DNA of 64,000 bases from a virus, in IMG/VR virus record IMGVR_UViG_3300048839_000424, positions 1 to 64,000 of that record; one strand, given 5' to 3'. Below are positions 39,839 through 47,874 of this stretch, piece by piece; position 1 is the stretch's first letter, and each line of letters begins with the position of its first letter. The notes beneath the pieces are model-generated. The model did no database searches, had not been told where the DNA came from, and saw only the letters and a list, made by a program, of their open reading frames with translations. A program made the translations under genes and the position numbers.

Positions 39839-40711
39839 ATGAGTAGGAACCCCTTTGCGGACCCCGCTTGTCCGAAATGTCACGGGCGTGGGTTTATTTA
39901 TGCCGAGTCCATGTTAGATGGTGGGCGCTATTGTGAGTGTACGATGGAGGGGATGCGAGTCCAAAATATGACTCGCATCTGGGAATCCTTGGAATCAGCC
40001 AAGGAGATCTCGGTGTTGCGGAACGACCCCCCGCTCAAGAGATTCCTCAAAAAGTCCTGTCGAATCACGGCGCCCGTAGCTCTCTTTAAGGCTCATTTGA
40101 AGGCATTGGCGTACAATATGCCTACGGCATGGAATGCTCGTGTCCATACGGATGCAGAACTCCTAGACGTATGGTTTGGCACCCTGAAGGCACAGGGGAT
40201 GAAAATATACGACTTCGAGATTGAAAACTCGACGTTGAGGGCTATTGACATTCGAGACCTCGTAGAGCCCCATGACCTTTGCATCATCCTCATGGGGGTC
40301 AAGAAACTTCCCAACAAGGAGGCGCCATCGAGCTTAGCGGAGGCGATTTCTTACCGGAACCACTTGGACAAACCCACTTGGGTGATCGACCAACCGGACT
40401 TACCTTTGGATGGTAATCACAGATATCACAATCAGGAAGTCGAACGCATGTTGGCGAAATGGCCGCATGTAGTTCTCTCCGGCCCGAATGTAACGGTGAC
40501 CAACGAACCACGTACAAACTCTCCGGTGGCAACAAATGCTCTAGCGACCGTAGATGACCTACTGGTAACCGAGGATGGGCTTCAAGAGGAAGAAGAGGAG
40601 CTATTCGAGGAGGACGTAGTTTCTGCCCCTCAAACGAAGAATTTGCTTTCGACATTGACGGTAGAATCGAAGTCCAAGAAGCCCTGGAAAGGGAATAGGC
40701 CCAAGCGATGA
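39839..40711 (+). CDS. DnaC/DnaI-like helicase loader with Zn finger, degenerate ATPase
   Basis: Likely start ATG 39839 after AAGGAG; CPKCHGRG...CEC Zn site, DLCIIL and ISYRNHLDKPTWV (DnaC-like); no Walker A; directly upstream of DnaB. Confidence 0.55.
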   Translation: MSRNPFADPACPKCHGRGFIYAESMLDGGRYCECTMEGMRVQNMTRIWESLESAKEISVLRNDPPLKRFLKKSCRITAPVALFKAHLKALAYNMPTAWNARVHTDAELLDVWFGTLKAQGMKIYDFEIENSTLRAIDIRDLVEPHDLCIILMGVKKLPNKEAPSSLAEAISYRNHLDKPTWVIDQPDLPLDGNHRYHNQEVERMLAKWPHVVLSGPNVTVTNEPRTNSPVATNALATVDDLLVTEDGLQEEEEELFEEDVVSAPQTKNLLSTLTVESKSKKPWKGNRPKR

Positions 40712-42273
40712 AGATTTTACTTCGATCCGTATTCATTGTCAATGCGAGTGACAGTGAGCAGTTGTTTCTCCAGAATTACCATGCCTTGGTTGAGTCCGGG
40801 CTTGGTTTTGACATGCTGGAGGACATCAATATTTGGAAGTTCATTCAGGATTTCTATCAGGGGCATGGTCACCTGCCTACACTCCAGACGATTCGTTCTC
40901 ACTTCGAGCGCGTTCAGGAGCTAGAAGTTGTTGACCGTCTTGAACGCTTGGCGATGGAGTCCCCGAAAACTCGTGGTGACTTTATTTCGTTCTTGGAGAC
41001 TCAGGCGGAAGACCGTCGTGTCAAAATCGTCATGGAACTTGCCAAGGAAATGGCGACCATCGCCCAAACGGGTATCGACGTAAAGGACAAGGGCGGGAAG
41101 AACTCCAAGAAGTTCCTTGGGGCCGTAGATGCCATCCGGTGGGTTCTCGATCGTTCGCATGAGCTAGTCTCTCCGACGCTGGGAAGTCGTCTCTCCGGCA
41201 ATGTGGCGACCGATGGGGAGACCTTCATCACCCGGTATGAGCGCGTCAAATCGGACCCACAGTTTGGGATTGGGTGTTATACGGGGATTCGACAGGTAGA
41301 CGATGCCTTGAAAGGGGCAAAGCGGTACGAGCTTTGGATTCACGCAGGATTCACGGGTTCGTTGAAGTCTAGTCTTGCTCTCCAGTGGGCCTACAATCAA
41401 ATGGTCTACTACCGCAATTCGACCCTGTATTTTTCGTTGGAGATGCCTTACATTCAGTGCATGAACATGCTCTATGCGATGCACACGGCACATGAAAAGT
41501 TCGCACAGATTCGAGCGCAGTTGGGGATTCAAGATATCGGGCTCGACTACGAGCGGATGAAAAATGGTGTCCTAGCTCCCCATGAGGAGAAGTTCCTGTT
41601 CGATTACGTAGTTCCCGATTTCAACAAAAAATCCACGGTACCGGCGACGGGTCCATATCCCGTAGAGGCTCATGAGTATGGGGATATCTACATCGAGGTT
41701 GCTGACCCTGACAAAACGGACTTCACGGTTTTGGAGCTACGAGCCAAGGCGGAGTTGATTTATTCCAAAACGCCGTTCAAGATGGTCGTGGTGGACCATG
41801 TGGGTTTGATGTCACCACGGGAGCGATATGGGTCTACTACGGAGAAGATCAATGAGGTAGTTCGAGACTTGAAAAAACTAGCCATGAGTTTCAACCGGGG
41901 TATGGGTATTGCGGTCGTTGGGTTGGCTCAGTTATCTCGTGAGGGGTATCGAGCCGCTGAAAAGAACGGTGGTAAGTACAACTTGACTCACTTGAGTTAT
42001 GCCAACGAGATTGAGCGTTCCGCTGACATTGTGACGGCGACTTGGATTGATGATGACCTGAAAAAAATCAACCGTGGTATTATTCAGTGTTTGAAGTCTC
42101 GTGACCAGGCACCATTTGAACGATGCCCTCTTCGGGTAGAGTTCTCATGTCGTCGAATCACAACGGACAATACGTCCATTGATGAGATTGAGAACAAAAT
42201 TCAAGCAAAGCGGGGGGACATAGACAAGATCAAACCCCACAAGTCGAAAGTACCTGACCTTGGAGACATATGA
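40708..42273 (+). CDS. dnaB: DnaB-like replicative helicase
   Basis: AGFTGSLKS (variant Walker A), FSLEMP, VVDHVGLM, LAQLSR, EIERSADIV, KSRD. Confidence 0.9.
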   Translation: MKILLRSVFIVNASDSEQLFLQNYHALVESGLGFDMLEDINIWKFIQDFYQGHGHLPTLQTIRSHFERVQELEVVDRLERLAMESPKTRGDFISFLETQAEDRRVKIVMELAKEMATIAQTGIDVKDKGGKNSKKFLGAVDAIRWVLDRSHELVSPTLGSRLSGNVATDGETFITRYERVKSDPQFGIGCYTGIRQVDDALKGAKRYELWIHAGFTGSLKSSLALQWAYNQMVYYRNSTLYFSLEMPYIQCMNMLYAMHTAHEKFAQIRAQLGIQDIGLDYERMKNGVLAPHEEKFLFDYVVPDFNKKSTVPATGPYPVEAHEYGDIYIEVADPDKTDFTVLELRAKAELIYSKTPFKMVVVDHVGLMSPRERYGSTTEKINEVVRDLKKLAMSFNRGMGIAVVGLAQLSREGYRAAEKNGGKYNLTHLSYANEIERSADIVTATWIDDDLKKINRGIIQCLKSRDQAPFERCPLRVEFSCRRITTDNTSIDEIENKIQAKRGDIDKIKPHKSKVPDLGDI

Positions 42274-42875
42274 ACCTGACATTAAAACACGGTGATTGCG
42301 TAGAGCGATTGAAAGAAATCGAGTCGAACTCCGTAGATGCGGTCATTTGCGATCCGCCCTATGATATCGCGTTCATGTCTCGAAAATGGGATGATGAGAA
42401 CACGTTGACGAACGAGGCGATCTGGCGCGAGTGTTACCGGATTTTGAAGCCAGGGGGTGAGATTCAAGCCTTTGCGGCAACAAGAACCTTTCATCGGTTA
42501 GCGAGGACGTTCAAGAACATTGGGTTTGAGGGTATGCGATTAAAAGCCTTCACCTATGGGAGTGGATTTCCGAAATCTACGAATATATCGAAGCAGATTG
42601 ACAAACGAGCCAAGGCGGAGAGGAAGGTCGTGGGGTTCAAAAAAGGGGTTGGTGGTCAGAACTTGAATGACCTCGTGAACAACCGGGATGAGATCCGTAG
42701 TACGGATCAGGAAGGTGGTAAGGGGGTTGGAGCGTATGGGACGGGAGCGAAGCAAGTCGCAGTAGATGTACCTATCACGGAACCAGCGACACCGGAAGCC
42801 AAGCTCTGGGACGGGTATGGTACAGCCTTGAAGCCCGCATGGGAACCTATTGTCGTGGCCAAGAAACCTCTGTGA
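42270..42875 (+). CDS. Beta-class MTase N-terminal (catalytic DPPY) half
   Basis: HGDC, VICDPPY, ILKPGG, GSGFPKS, ends GTALKPAWEPIVVAKKPL*; no SAM-binding motif; GGAG RBS and ATGA overlap with dnaB. Confidence 0.8.
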   Translation: MNLTLKHGDCVERLKEIESNSVDAVICDPPYDIAFMSRKWDDENTLTNEAIWRECYRILKPGGEIQAFAATRTFHRLARTFKNIGFEGMRLKAFTYGSGFPKSTNISKQIDKRAKAERKVVGFKKGVGGQNLNDLVNNRDEIRSTDQEGGKGVGAYGTGAKQVAVDVPITEPATPEAKLWDGYGTALKPAWEPIVVAKKPL

Positions 42876-42887
42876 GTGATATAAAAA

Positions 42888-43958
42888 ATGAGCGAGAATA
42901 ATATAAAATCCCCATTCCCATATTTCGGCGGTAAGAGATTGATTGTAGATATGGTTTGGCAGCGCCTCGGAAAGCCAAAACAGTACATTGAACCATTCTG
43001 CGGAAGCGCGGCTATGCTGCTCGGTGCTCCGTCTCCGGCATCTCTGGAGGTGATCTGCGACGGGTCCGGGTTCATTGCAAATTTTTGGCGCGCAGCAAAG
43101 CACCAGCCCGCCGCTGTTGCTGAACATGCCGATTACATTGTAAGCCACATCGACCTCGGAGCGCGGCATCGGTGGCTGATGGATCAGCGCGACCGCATCG
43201 GAGAAATCTTGCAAGACCCCGATCACCCAGGCGATGCGAAGGTCGCGGGGTGGTGGCTATGGGGCCAGTGTTTATGGATCGGTAGTGGCTGGTGCGATTG
43301 GGACAAGACGGGACAGATCCCGCACGTCAGCGACGCCGGGAGGGGCGTGCAGGCGATCGGCAAGATCCCGCACGTCAGCGACGCCGGGTGTGGCGTGCAG
43401 GCGATCGGCCAGATCCCGCACGTCAGCGACGCCGGGAGGGGCGTGCAGGCGATCGGCAAGATCCCGCACGTCAGCGACGCCGGGTGTGGCGTGCAGGCGA
43501 TCGGCCAGATCCCGCACGTCAGCGACGCCGGGATGGGCGGCCTCATGACCAGTTCGGGCCGCGCCGCGTGGGTCGCCCTGCACGCACTCGCGGACAGGCT
43601 GGAGCGATGCCGGGTCATTCACGGAGACTGGTCGCGCGCTATGAATCACCATTATGGCGGGAACAACACAGCGGTGTTCCTTGACCCGCCATATGTCGCA
43701 TATGAGAATCTCTACGGCGTAAAACATCCGGTAGCACTTGATGTCGCAGAGTGGGCCAGGAAGCACGCTCATCTTCGCGTTGCTCTGTGCGGGCACATCG
43801 GAGACTACGAAATGCCGGGGTGGGACGCCGTGCCGTGGGAAAGGTCGCGATTGACATACGGCGGGGCATCGACCAAGGCGAGCGAGTGCATATGGTTCTC
43901 ACCTGCATGTTTTCCACCACCAGATGAATCGAAGGATTTGAACGAGTTATTCGGATGA
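42888..43958 (+). CDS. Dam/D12-class N6-adenine DNA methyltransferase with tandem repeats
   Basis: SPFPYFGGKR, YIEPFCGSAA (motif I), FLDPPY (motif IV): alpha-class order; ends DLNELFG. Confidence 0.88.
   Translation: MSENNIKSPFPYFGGKRLIVDMVWQRLGKPKQYIEPFCGSAAMLLGAPSPASLEVICDGSGFIANFWRAAKHQPAAVAEHADYIVSHIDLGARHRWLMDQRDRIGEILQDPDHPGDAKVAGWWLWGQCLWIGSGWCDWDKTGQIPHVSDAGRGVQAIGKIPHVSDAGCGVQAIGQIPHVSDAGRGVQAIGKIPHVSDAGCGVQAIGQIPHVSDAGMGGLMTSSGRAAWVALHALADRLERCRVIHGDWSRAMNHHYGGNNTAVFLDPPYVAYENLYGVKHPVALDVAEWARKHAHLRVALCGHIGDYEMPGWDAVPWERSRLTYGGASTKASECIWFSPACFPPPDESKDLNELFG
43311..43532 (+). repeat. In-frame 48-bp tandem repeat, 4.6 copies, alternating A-B-A-B-A'
   Basis: Encodes G(Q/K)IPHVSDAG(R/C)GVQAI; units start at 43311, 43359, 43407, 43455 and 43503. 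Confidence 0.95.
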
Positions 43959-43986
43959 TTCTCATCCGTAATCCATTAGGGGGTCC

Positions 43987-44436
43987 GTGACTTCCGAGTT
44001 GCTGATTTGTATAGGAGGAATTAGAACTCCTCCTGTGGATGTGGAATCCTTGGTCAAATGTCTTGGAGTATCTGTAATTTACAAGGACAGTGTAGAGGTT
44101 TCACGACTAGAGGTTAATGGTAACCAGGCTACTATTGTTGTGAACTCAAATGCTTCCAAGCAACGCCAGAGATTTGCTTTAGCGCATGAACTTGGGCATT
44201 TGTTGAGACATGACCTTACGAAACCAACATGCCATTATGATTTCAGAGGGCATGCTGCGATAGAGCGAGAGGCTAATATTTTTGCAGCCTCTCTTCTTAT
44301 GCCAAGGTCTATGCTGGGGTTGTATCTTGGGTACACAAGCCTTGATCTCGACCAGATCGGCCGGGTTTTTGATGTACCACGAACTACTTGTGAGTACCGA
44401 GTAGCGCACTTTCTCCGTGGGTATCGTGATTTATGA
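43987..44436 (+). CDS. ImmA/IrrE-family Zn metallopeptidase
   Basis: PPVDV, RQRFALAHELGH (HExxH), EREANIFAASLLMP. Confidence 0.9.
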   Translation: MTSELLICIGGIRTPPVDVESLVKCLGVSVIYKDSVEVSRLEVNGNQATIVVNSNASKQRQRFALAHELGHLLRHDLTKPTCHYDFRGHAAIEREANIFAASLLMPRSMLGLYLGYTSLDLDQIGRVFDVPRTTCEYRVAHFLRGYRDL

Positions 44437-45041
44437 GAGTAGTATCAGTGATAAGGAAGCCCTTTGAAGGGTCTGCGACTCAAAACATCGTAATCAATGA
44501 ATGTGGTGGGTTGAACATTGATGCCACTCGCATTGGAGGAGAACCTTCACCGTCAGTAGATAGACGTAAATATTCTCCAAAAGAGTGCGTTGGCGCTACA
44601 GGATGGACAACGCCAGCACGTCCAGCATCGTACAATGAACAACGCGCAGGTGAGCAGAGTGGCCGATGGCCAGCGAATCTGATGTTAGTACATACGCCTT
44701 TGTGTGTCTTTGAGGGTCATGTAAAGCAGAAGGGGTACATGATTAATCGTTGGACTGACGGTGCGAAACCTTTCGGTGGGGGAGCGGGACATGACTATGC
44801 GGGACAGCAGCAAAACGATCTGAATGTAGAGTCGTGGAAATGTCATCCGACTTGTCCTGTTTCCCATATGGACTCTCAAAGTGGTGTTTCTAAATCCTCC
44901 GGTGGAAGAATAGGTAACGCTCAGGGGGTATACTCGAACCAAGGTCGCACTGGATGGGGTACAGGACATCAAGCGGGAGACCCTGGGTACGGAGATAGTG
45001 GTGGTGCATCACGGTATTTCAAGCAGGTAAGGAGCAAATAA
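44433..45041 (+). CDS. Stand-alone MTase middle module (copy 2)
   Basis: MRVVSVIRKPFEGS, GGLNIDATRI, GRWPANLML, CHPTCPV, YGDSGGASRYF. Confidence 0.75.
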   Translation: MRVVSVIRKPFEGSATQNIVINECGGLNIDATRIGGEPSPSVDRRKYSPKECVGATGWTTPARPASYNEQRAGEQSGRWPANLMLVHTPLCVFEGHVKQKGYMINRWTDGAKPFGGGAGHDYAGQQQNDLNVESWKCHPTCPVSHMDSQSGVSKSSGGRIGNAQGVYSNQGRTGWGTGHQAGDPGYGDSGGASRYFKQVRSK

Positions 45042-45938
45042 ATGTCACAAGAACCGGAAGAACTAAAATCCTATCTCCAACGCTTGATCTCCCCACCGGA
45101 ACAAGTTGGCCCTATCGTCATCGTCGAGGACGACCTCTCCCAAGTGGACTTTGCCTCCTATGCGGATTCCTCAGTCCACGGATTGATCACAAAGGGGAAC
45201 CCAGAGAAGTATTTCGACGAAATCGACCGTATTCTGCGTCCCGGTGCCCACATTCTCCTGATCTCGGAGCAAGATGACATCAACTTCGAGGGCACTTGTG
45301 CTTTGGAGGATAGGGGGTACGAAGTCCGTGACAGCATTTGCCTCTTGGACTCTCCAGCGGATGAGTTCCTGTACACGACGAAAGCCTCCAAGTCTGAAAG
45401 GAACGCAGGTGTTCCTGAATACACCAATACAGTAGAACAAGCCGTGATTAAAGACGGTCTATCTGATGACCTCTATGCCGATATTCTCTTCCACTTGGAG
45501 GAAAATGGGTTCGATTCCAGTAGCGAGGATGCCTACAAGTCTCTGAAGGGGAAGAAAATCGACCTGAAGCTCATTAGCAAGGAGTACTTGGAGCACTTCG
45601 ACATTGTAAATACGGTGACTCAAGTCGTGCAGAATAATCACCCAACGGTCAAACCGATCTCTATTATGGAATTCTTGATGCAAGACTTGCCCCAGGGGGG
45701 TATTGTTGTAGACCCTTTCATGGGGTCTGGGACAACGGGTATTGCTTGTGTCAGAACGAACCATCAATTCGTTGGAATTGAGCGCGAGGCGGAGTATATT
45801 CGTATTGCTGATGCTAGAGTTCGGCATTTCATTGCCGAGAAGCTAGATTCGGTTGTCTTTGGTATAGTTTCGGAGGCACCCGCATCGCCATCCCCCATGT
45901 CTCAAATCGAGGATGACCTGAATGAGTTATTCGGATGA
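45042..45938 (+). CDS. Beta-class MTase SAM-binding half with degenerate catalytic region (no DPPY)
   Basis: Own AAGGAG RBS; KASKSER, NHPTVKP, DPFMGSGTTG, FVGIE; LITKGNP stands where IVCDPPY is expected; ends DLNELFG. Confidence 0.8.
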   Translation: MSQEPEELKSYLQRLISPPEQVGPIVIVEDDLSQVDFASYADSSVHGLITKGNPEKYFDEIDRILRPGAHILLISEQDDINFEGTCALEDRGYEVRDSICLLDSPADEFLYTTKASKSERNAGVPEYTNTVEQAVIKDGLSDDLYADILFHLEENGFDSSSEDAYKSLKGKKIDLKLISKEYLEHFDIVNTVTQVVQNNHPTVKPISIMEFLMQDLPQGGIVVDPFMGSGTTGIACVRTNHQFVGIEREAEYIRIADARVRHFIAEKLDSVVFGIVSEAPASPSPMSQIEDDLNELFG

Positions 45939-46489
45939 GAAAATCTATGAGAGAACCCACGACAGTACCAAGAGTCATTGCATTGACTGGACCCTTGGGC
46001 GTAGACAAAACTTCTGTTGCGAAGGCTTTACAGGGTCTACTGAAATCTAAGGGCAAAGAAACTGTGCTTGAGTCATTCACTGCACCTGTCCATGCGATTT
46101 TGTCCTCTTTGAACCTAGAGAATAATTGGGAGGTGAAGAAAGCAGTAATCGCTGCAATTCAAAAAAGCATGGGTTCTTGGGCATTGAATACTGCTCTGGA
46201 GAACAGGCTAACAGAAGATGGTGGGTTTAGTCTACACTTGATGCCAGGAGTCCTTCTCGACGATCTTCGCACGTATGAAGAGACGGAGTGGGTAAGGGAG
46301 TACCACGGTGCTATTGTGGAGATCACACACGAGGGTATCGAATACTCCGAAGATTGTGACCCAAATCAGTTTAACTTCGGTCAGACTTTTCAAGGTAGTG
46401 TAGATGCCACTGGGAAAACACCAAAGGAAGTAGCCTTAGAGGTGTTTGATTTGGTCAAGAGACGGGATTACTTGGTCAAGAGAATATGA
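45935..46489 (+). CDS. dNMP kinase-like P-loop protein
   Basis: IALTGPLGVDKT (variant P-loop), SFTAPV, LLDDLRTYEE, similar to phage deoxynucleoside monophosphate kinases. Confidence 0.55.
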   Translation: MRKSMREPTTVPRVIALTGPLGVDKTSVAKALQGLLKSKGKETVLESFTAPVHAILSSLNLENNWEVKKAVIAAIQKSMGSWALNTALENRLTEDGGFSLHLMPGVLLDDLRTYEETEWVREYHGAIVEITHEGIEYSEDCDPNQFNFGQTFQGSVDATGKTPKEVALEVFDLVKRRDYLVKRI

Positions 46490-46496
46490 GGTACCA

Positions 46497-46811
46497 ATGT
46501 ACACGTATAAAGGAAGAGTCATTAAAGTCGTAGATGGGGACACGTTGGATGTCGAGATTGACCTTGGATTTGACATCAAACACAGCATTCGAGTTCGACT
46601 GTTGAATGTCCATGCCCCGGAGATCCATTCCGTCAAGAAAGGTTCCGAGGAATATATTCGTGGTATGGAAGCCAAAGAAAAGGTTGACCAATGGGTCGCT
46701 AGCAACCCTGAAGTGAGGATCCTCACGGTCAAGGACAAAAAAGAGAAGTTCGGCAGGTACCTCGCTGAGATTTGGGACATTTCTCACACGTCTTGCCTGA
46801 ACCACCTGTAA
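46497..46811 (+). CDS. Thermonuclease (SNase-like), C-terminus short
   Basis: Likely start ATG 46497 after GAGG; VVDGDT, RVRL..VHAPE, KFGRYLA. Confidence 0.8.
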   Translation: MYTYKGRVIKVVDGDTLDVEIDLGFDIKHSIRVRLLNVHAPEIHSVKKGSEEYIRGMEAKEKVDQWVASNPEVRILTVKDKKEKFGRYLAEIWDISHTSCLNHL

Positions 46812-46835
46812 AAATCCTGGGGGTAGAAGCGTTTA
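46806..46835 (+). promoter_or_regulatory. Repeated putative promoter, copy 1 (TGTAAA-N17-CGTT)
   Basis: CTGTAAAAATCCTGGGGGTAGAAGCGTTTA; 22-23/30 identical to copies 2 and 3. Confidence 0.6.
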
Positions 46836-46848
46836 GGGGGTAGAGCTT

Positions 46849-47841
46849 ATGAACAAGTTGACTAACATGACGAGCTTTGCTCGTAAGACCAAACACAAGA
46901 AGCCAAAATTCCAGTTGTACCAATTCGGTTTTAACGCCGGAACTGGCAAGTGGTTGGAAGGCTCTTGGGTGACGGTTTCCGAGGAAGACTGGATTAGCAA
47001 AAAGTCCGAGCATGAGGAGATGTGTCAACGTATCCTCATGGAGTTGAAAAATTACACCTACAACGGGTTTGGGGTTCCGCTCAACAGGATGACGAAAGAA
47101 CAACGTCAAGCCTGGGAGCATTTTTCAGGGGTCGTGTTTTTTGATGTCGTTTACCCCAATAAATACATAGGCGTTTGGTCAGCAGAGATGTCCGGTAATC
47201 GCTTGTCGAAGCAGTCCGAAGAGTGGGCTCGTAAGCATGATATCAAGCTACTCCAGTGGGTCAAAGAAACGCCCCAGGGTGCGCCCCTTGATAAAGTCAA
47301 GGGGTATGACATCCCTAGTGATCTTATCATAAAAGGCTCCTCCAATAGAGAACCCGTTGACATAGGCCGTCGAATGTTTGATCAAAAGGTGGAGGATGAG
47401 ATGATCCTGTTCTCAAGGATGACTGAGGTCTTAAGAGCAACCGATGCCTTGCCACCTAACTACTCATATCCTCCCGAAATCTTCGTCTCCGATCAAGTCC
47501 AGTTTTTTAGCGGTCTTGTGTTCTCACATCTTGTCTCCCAAGAAGAAAAGATTGTTCGTATCCAATGGGAAGAAAGTTGTGGCAACACACATCCATATAC
47601 GAATGTCGAAAAAGAGCAAGAGCGATACGTTTGGATGCGGAACCTCGCATACAGTAAGTCCTTCGACAAAGCTACCTTTGATGACCGTTTGGCAGAGGCT
47701 CGAAAAGAGCATAACCAGACCGCTAGAGAGGTTCTAGATTCTAGCAACGGATGTAGACTAGCTTTTGTTATCCCCAAATTCTATGAGGATGGGGCGTTTG
47801 ATCCAGTTGGGGAGAAGGACTACCCTTGGGGGGAACTGTAA
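46849..47841 (+). CDS. Hypothetical protein
   Basis: 330-aa ORF bracketed by promoter-motif copies 1 and 2. Confidence 0.7.
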   Translation: MNKLTNMTSFARKTKHKKPKFQLYQFGFNAGTGKWLEGSWVTVSEEDWISKKSEHEEMCQRILMELKNYTYNGFGVPLNRMTKEQRQAWEHFSGVVFFDVVYPNKYIGVWSAEMSGNRLSKQSEEWARKHDIKLLQWVKETPQGAPLDKVKGYDIPSDLIIKGSSNREPVDIGRRMFDQKVEDEMILFSRMTEVLRATDALPPNYSYPPEIFVSDQVQFFSGLVFSHLVSQEEKIVRIQWEESCGNTHPYTNVEKEQERYVWMRNLAYSKSFDKATFDDRLAEARKEHNQTAREVLDSSNGCRLAFVIPKFYEDGAFDPVGEKDYPWGEL

Positions 47842-47865
47842 AAACTCGTAGGTTAGAGGCGTATA
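47836..47865 (+). promoter_or_regulatory. Repeated putative promoter, copy 2 (TGTAAA-N17-CGTA)
   Basis: CTGTAAAAACTCGTAGGTTAGAGGCGTATA; 29/30 identical to copy 3; 9 nt before ATG 47875. Confidence 0.75.
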
Positions 47866-47874
47866 AGGAGTGTC

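Noticed and set aside
43311-43532. 48-bp repeats as a CRISPR array
   Set aside because: No unique spacers, the repeats are in frame within a coding gene, and there are no cas genes.
42873-45044. Stop-codon reassignment or intron splicing as the explanation for the split MTase
   Set aside because: All three stop codons end genes normally across the window; A and B are separated by two ordinary genes with no maturase, RT or group I/II features; B and C have their own start signals.
46451-46483. Short direct repeat TTGGTCAAGAGA x2 at the end of the kinase-like gene
   Set aside because: 12-bp match with a 21-nt period, in frame; no associated element, so treated as a minor slippage duplication.
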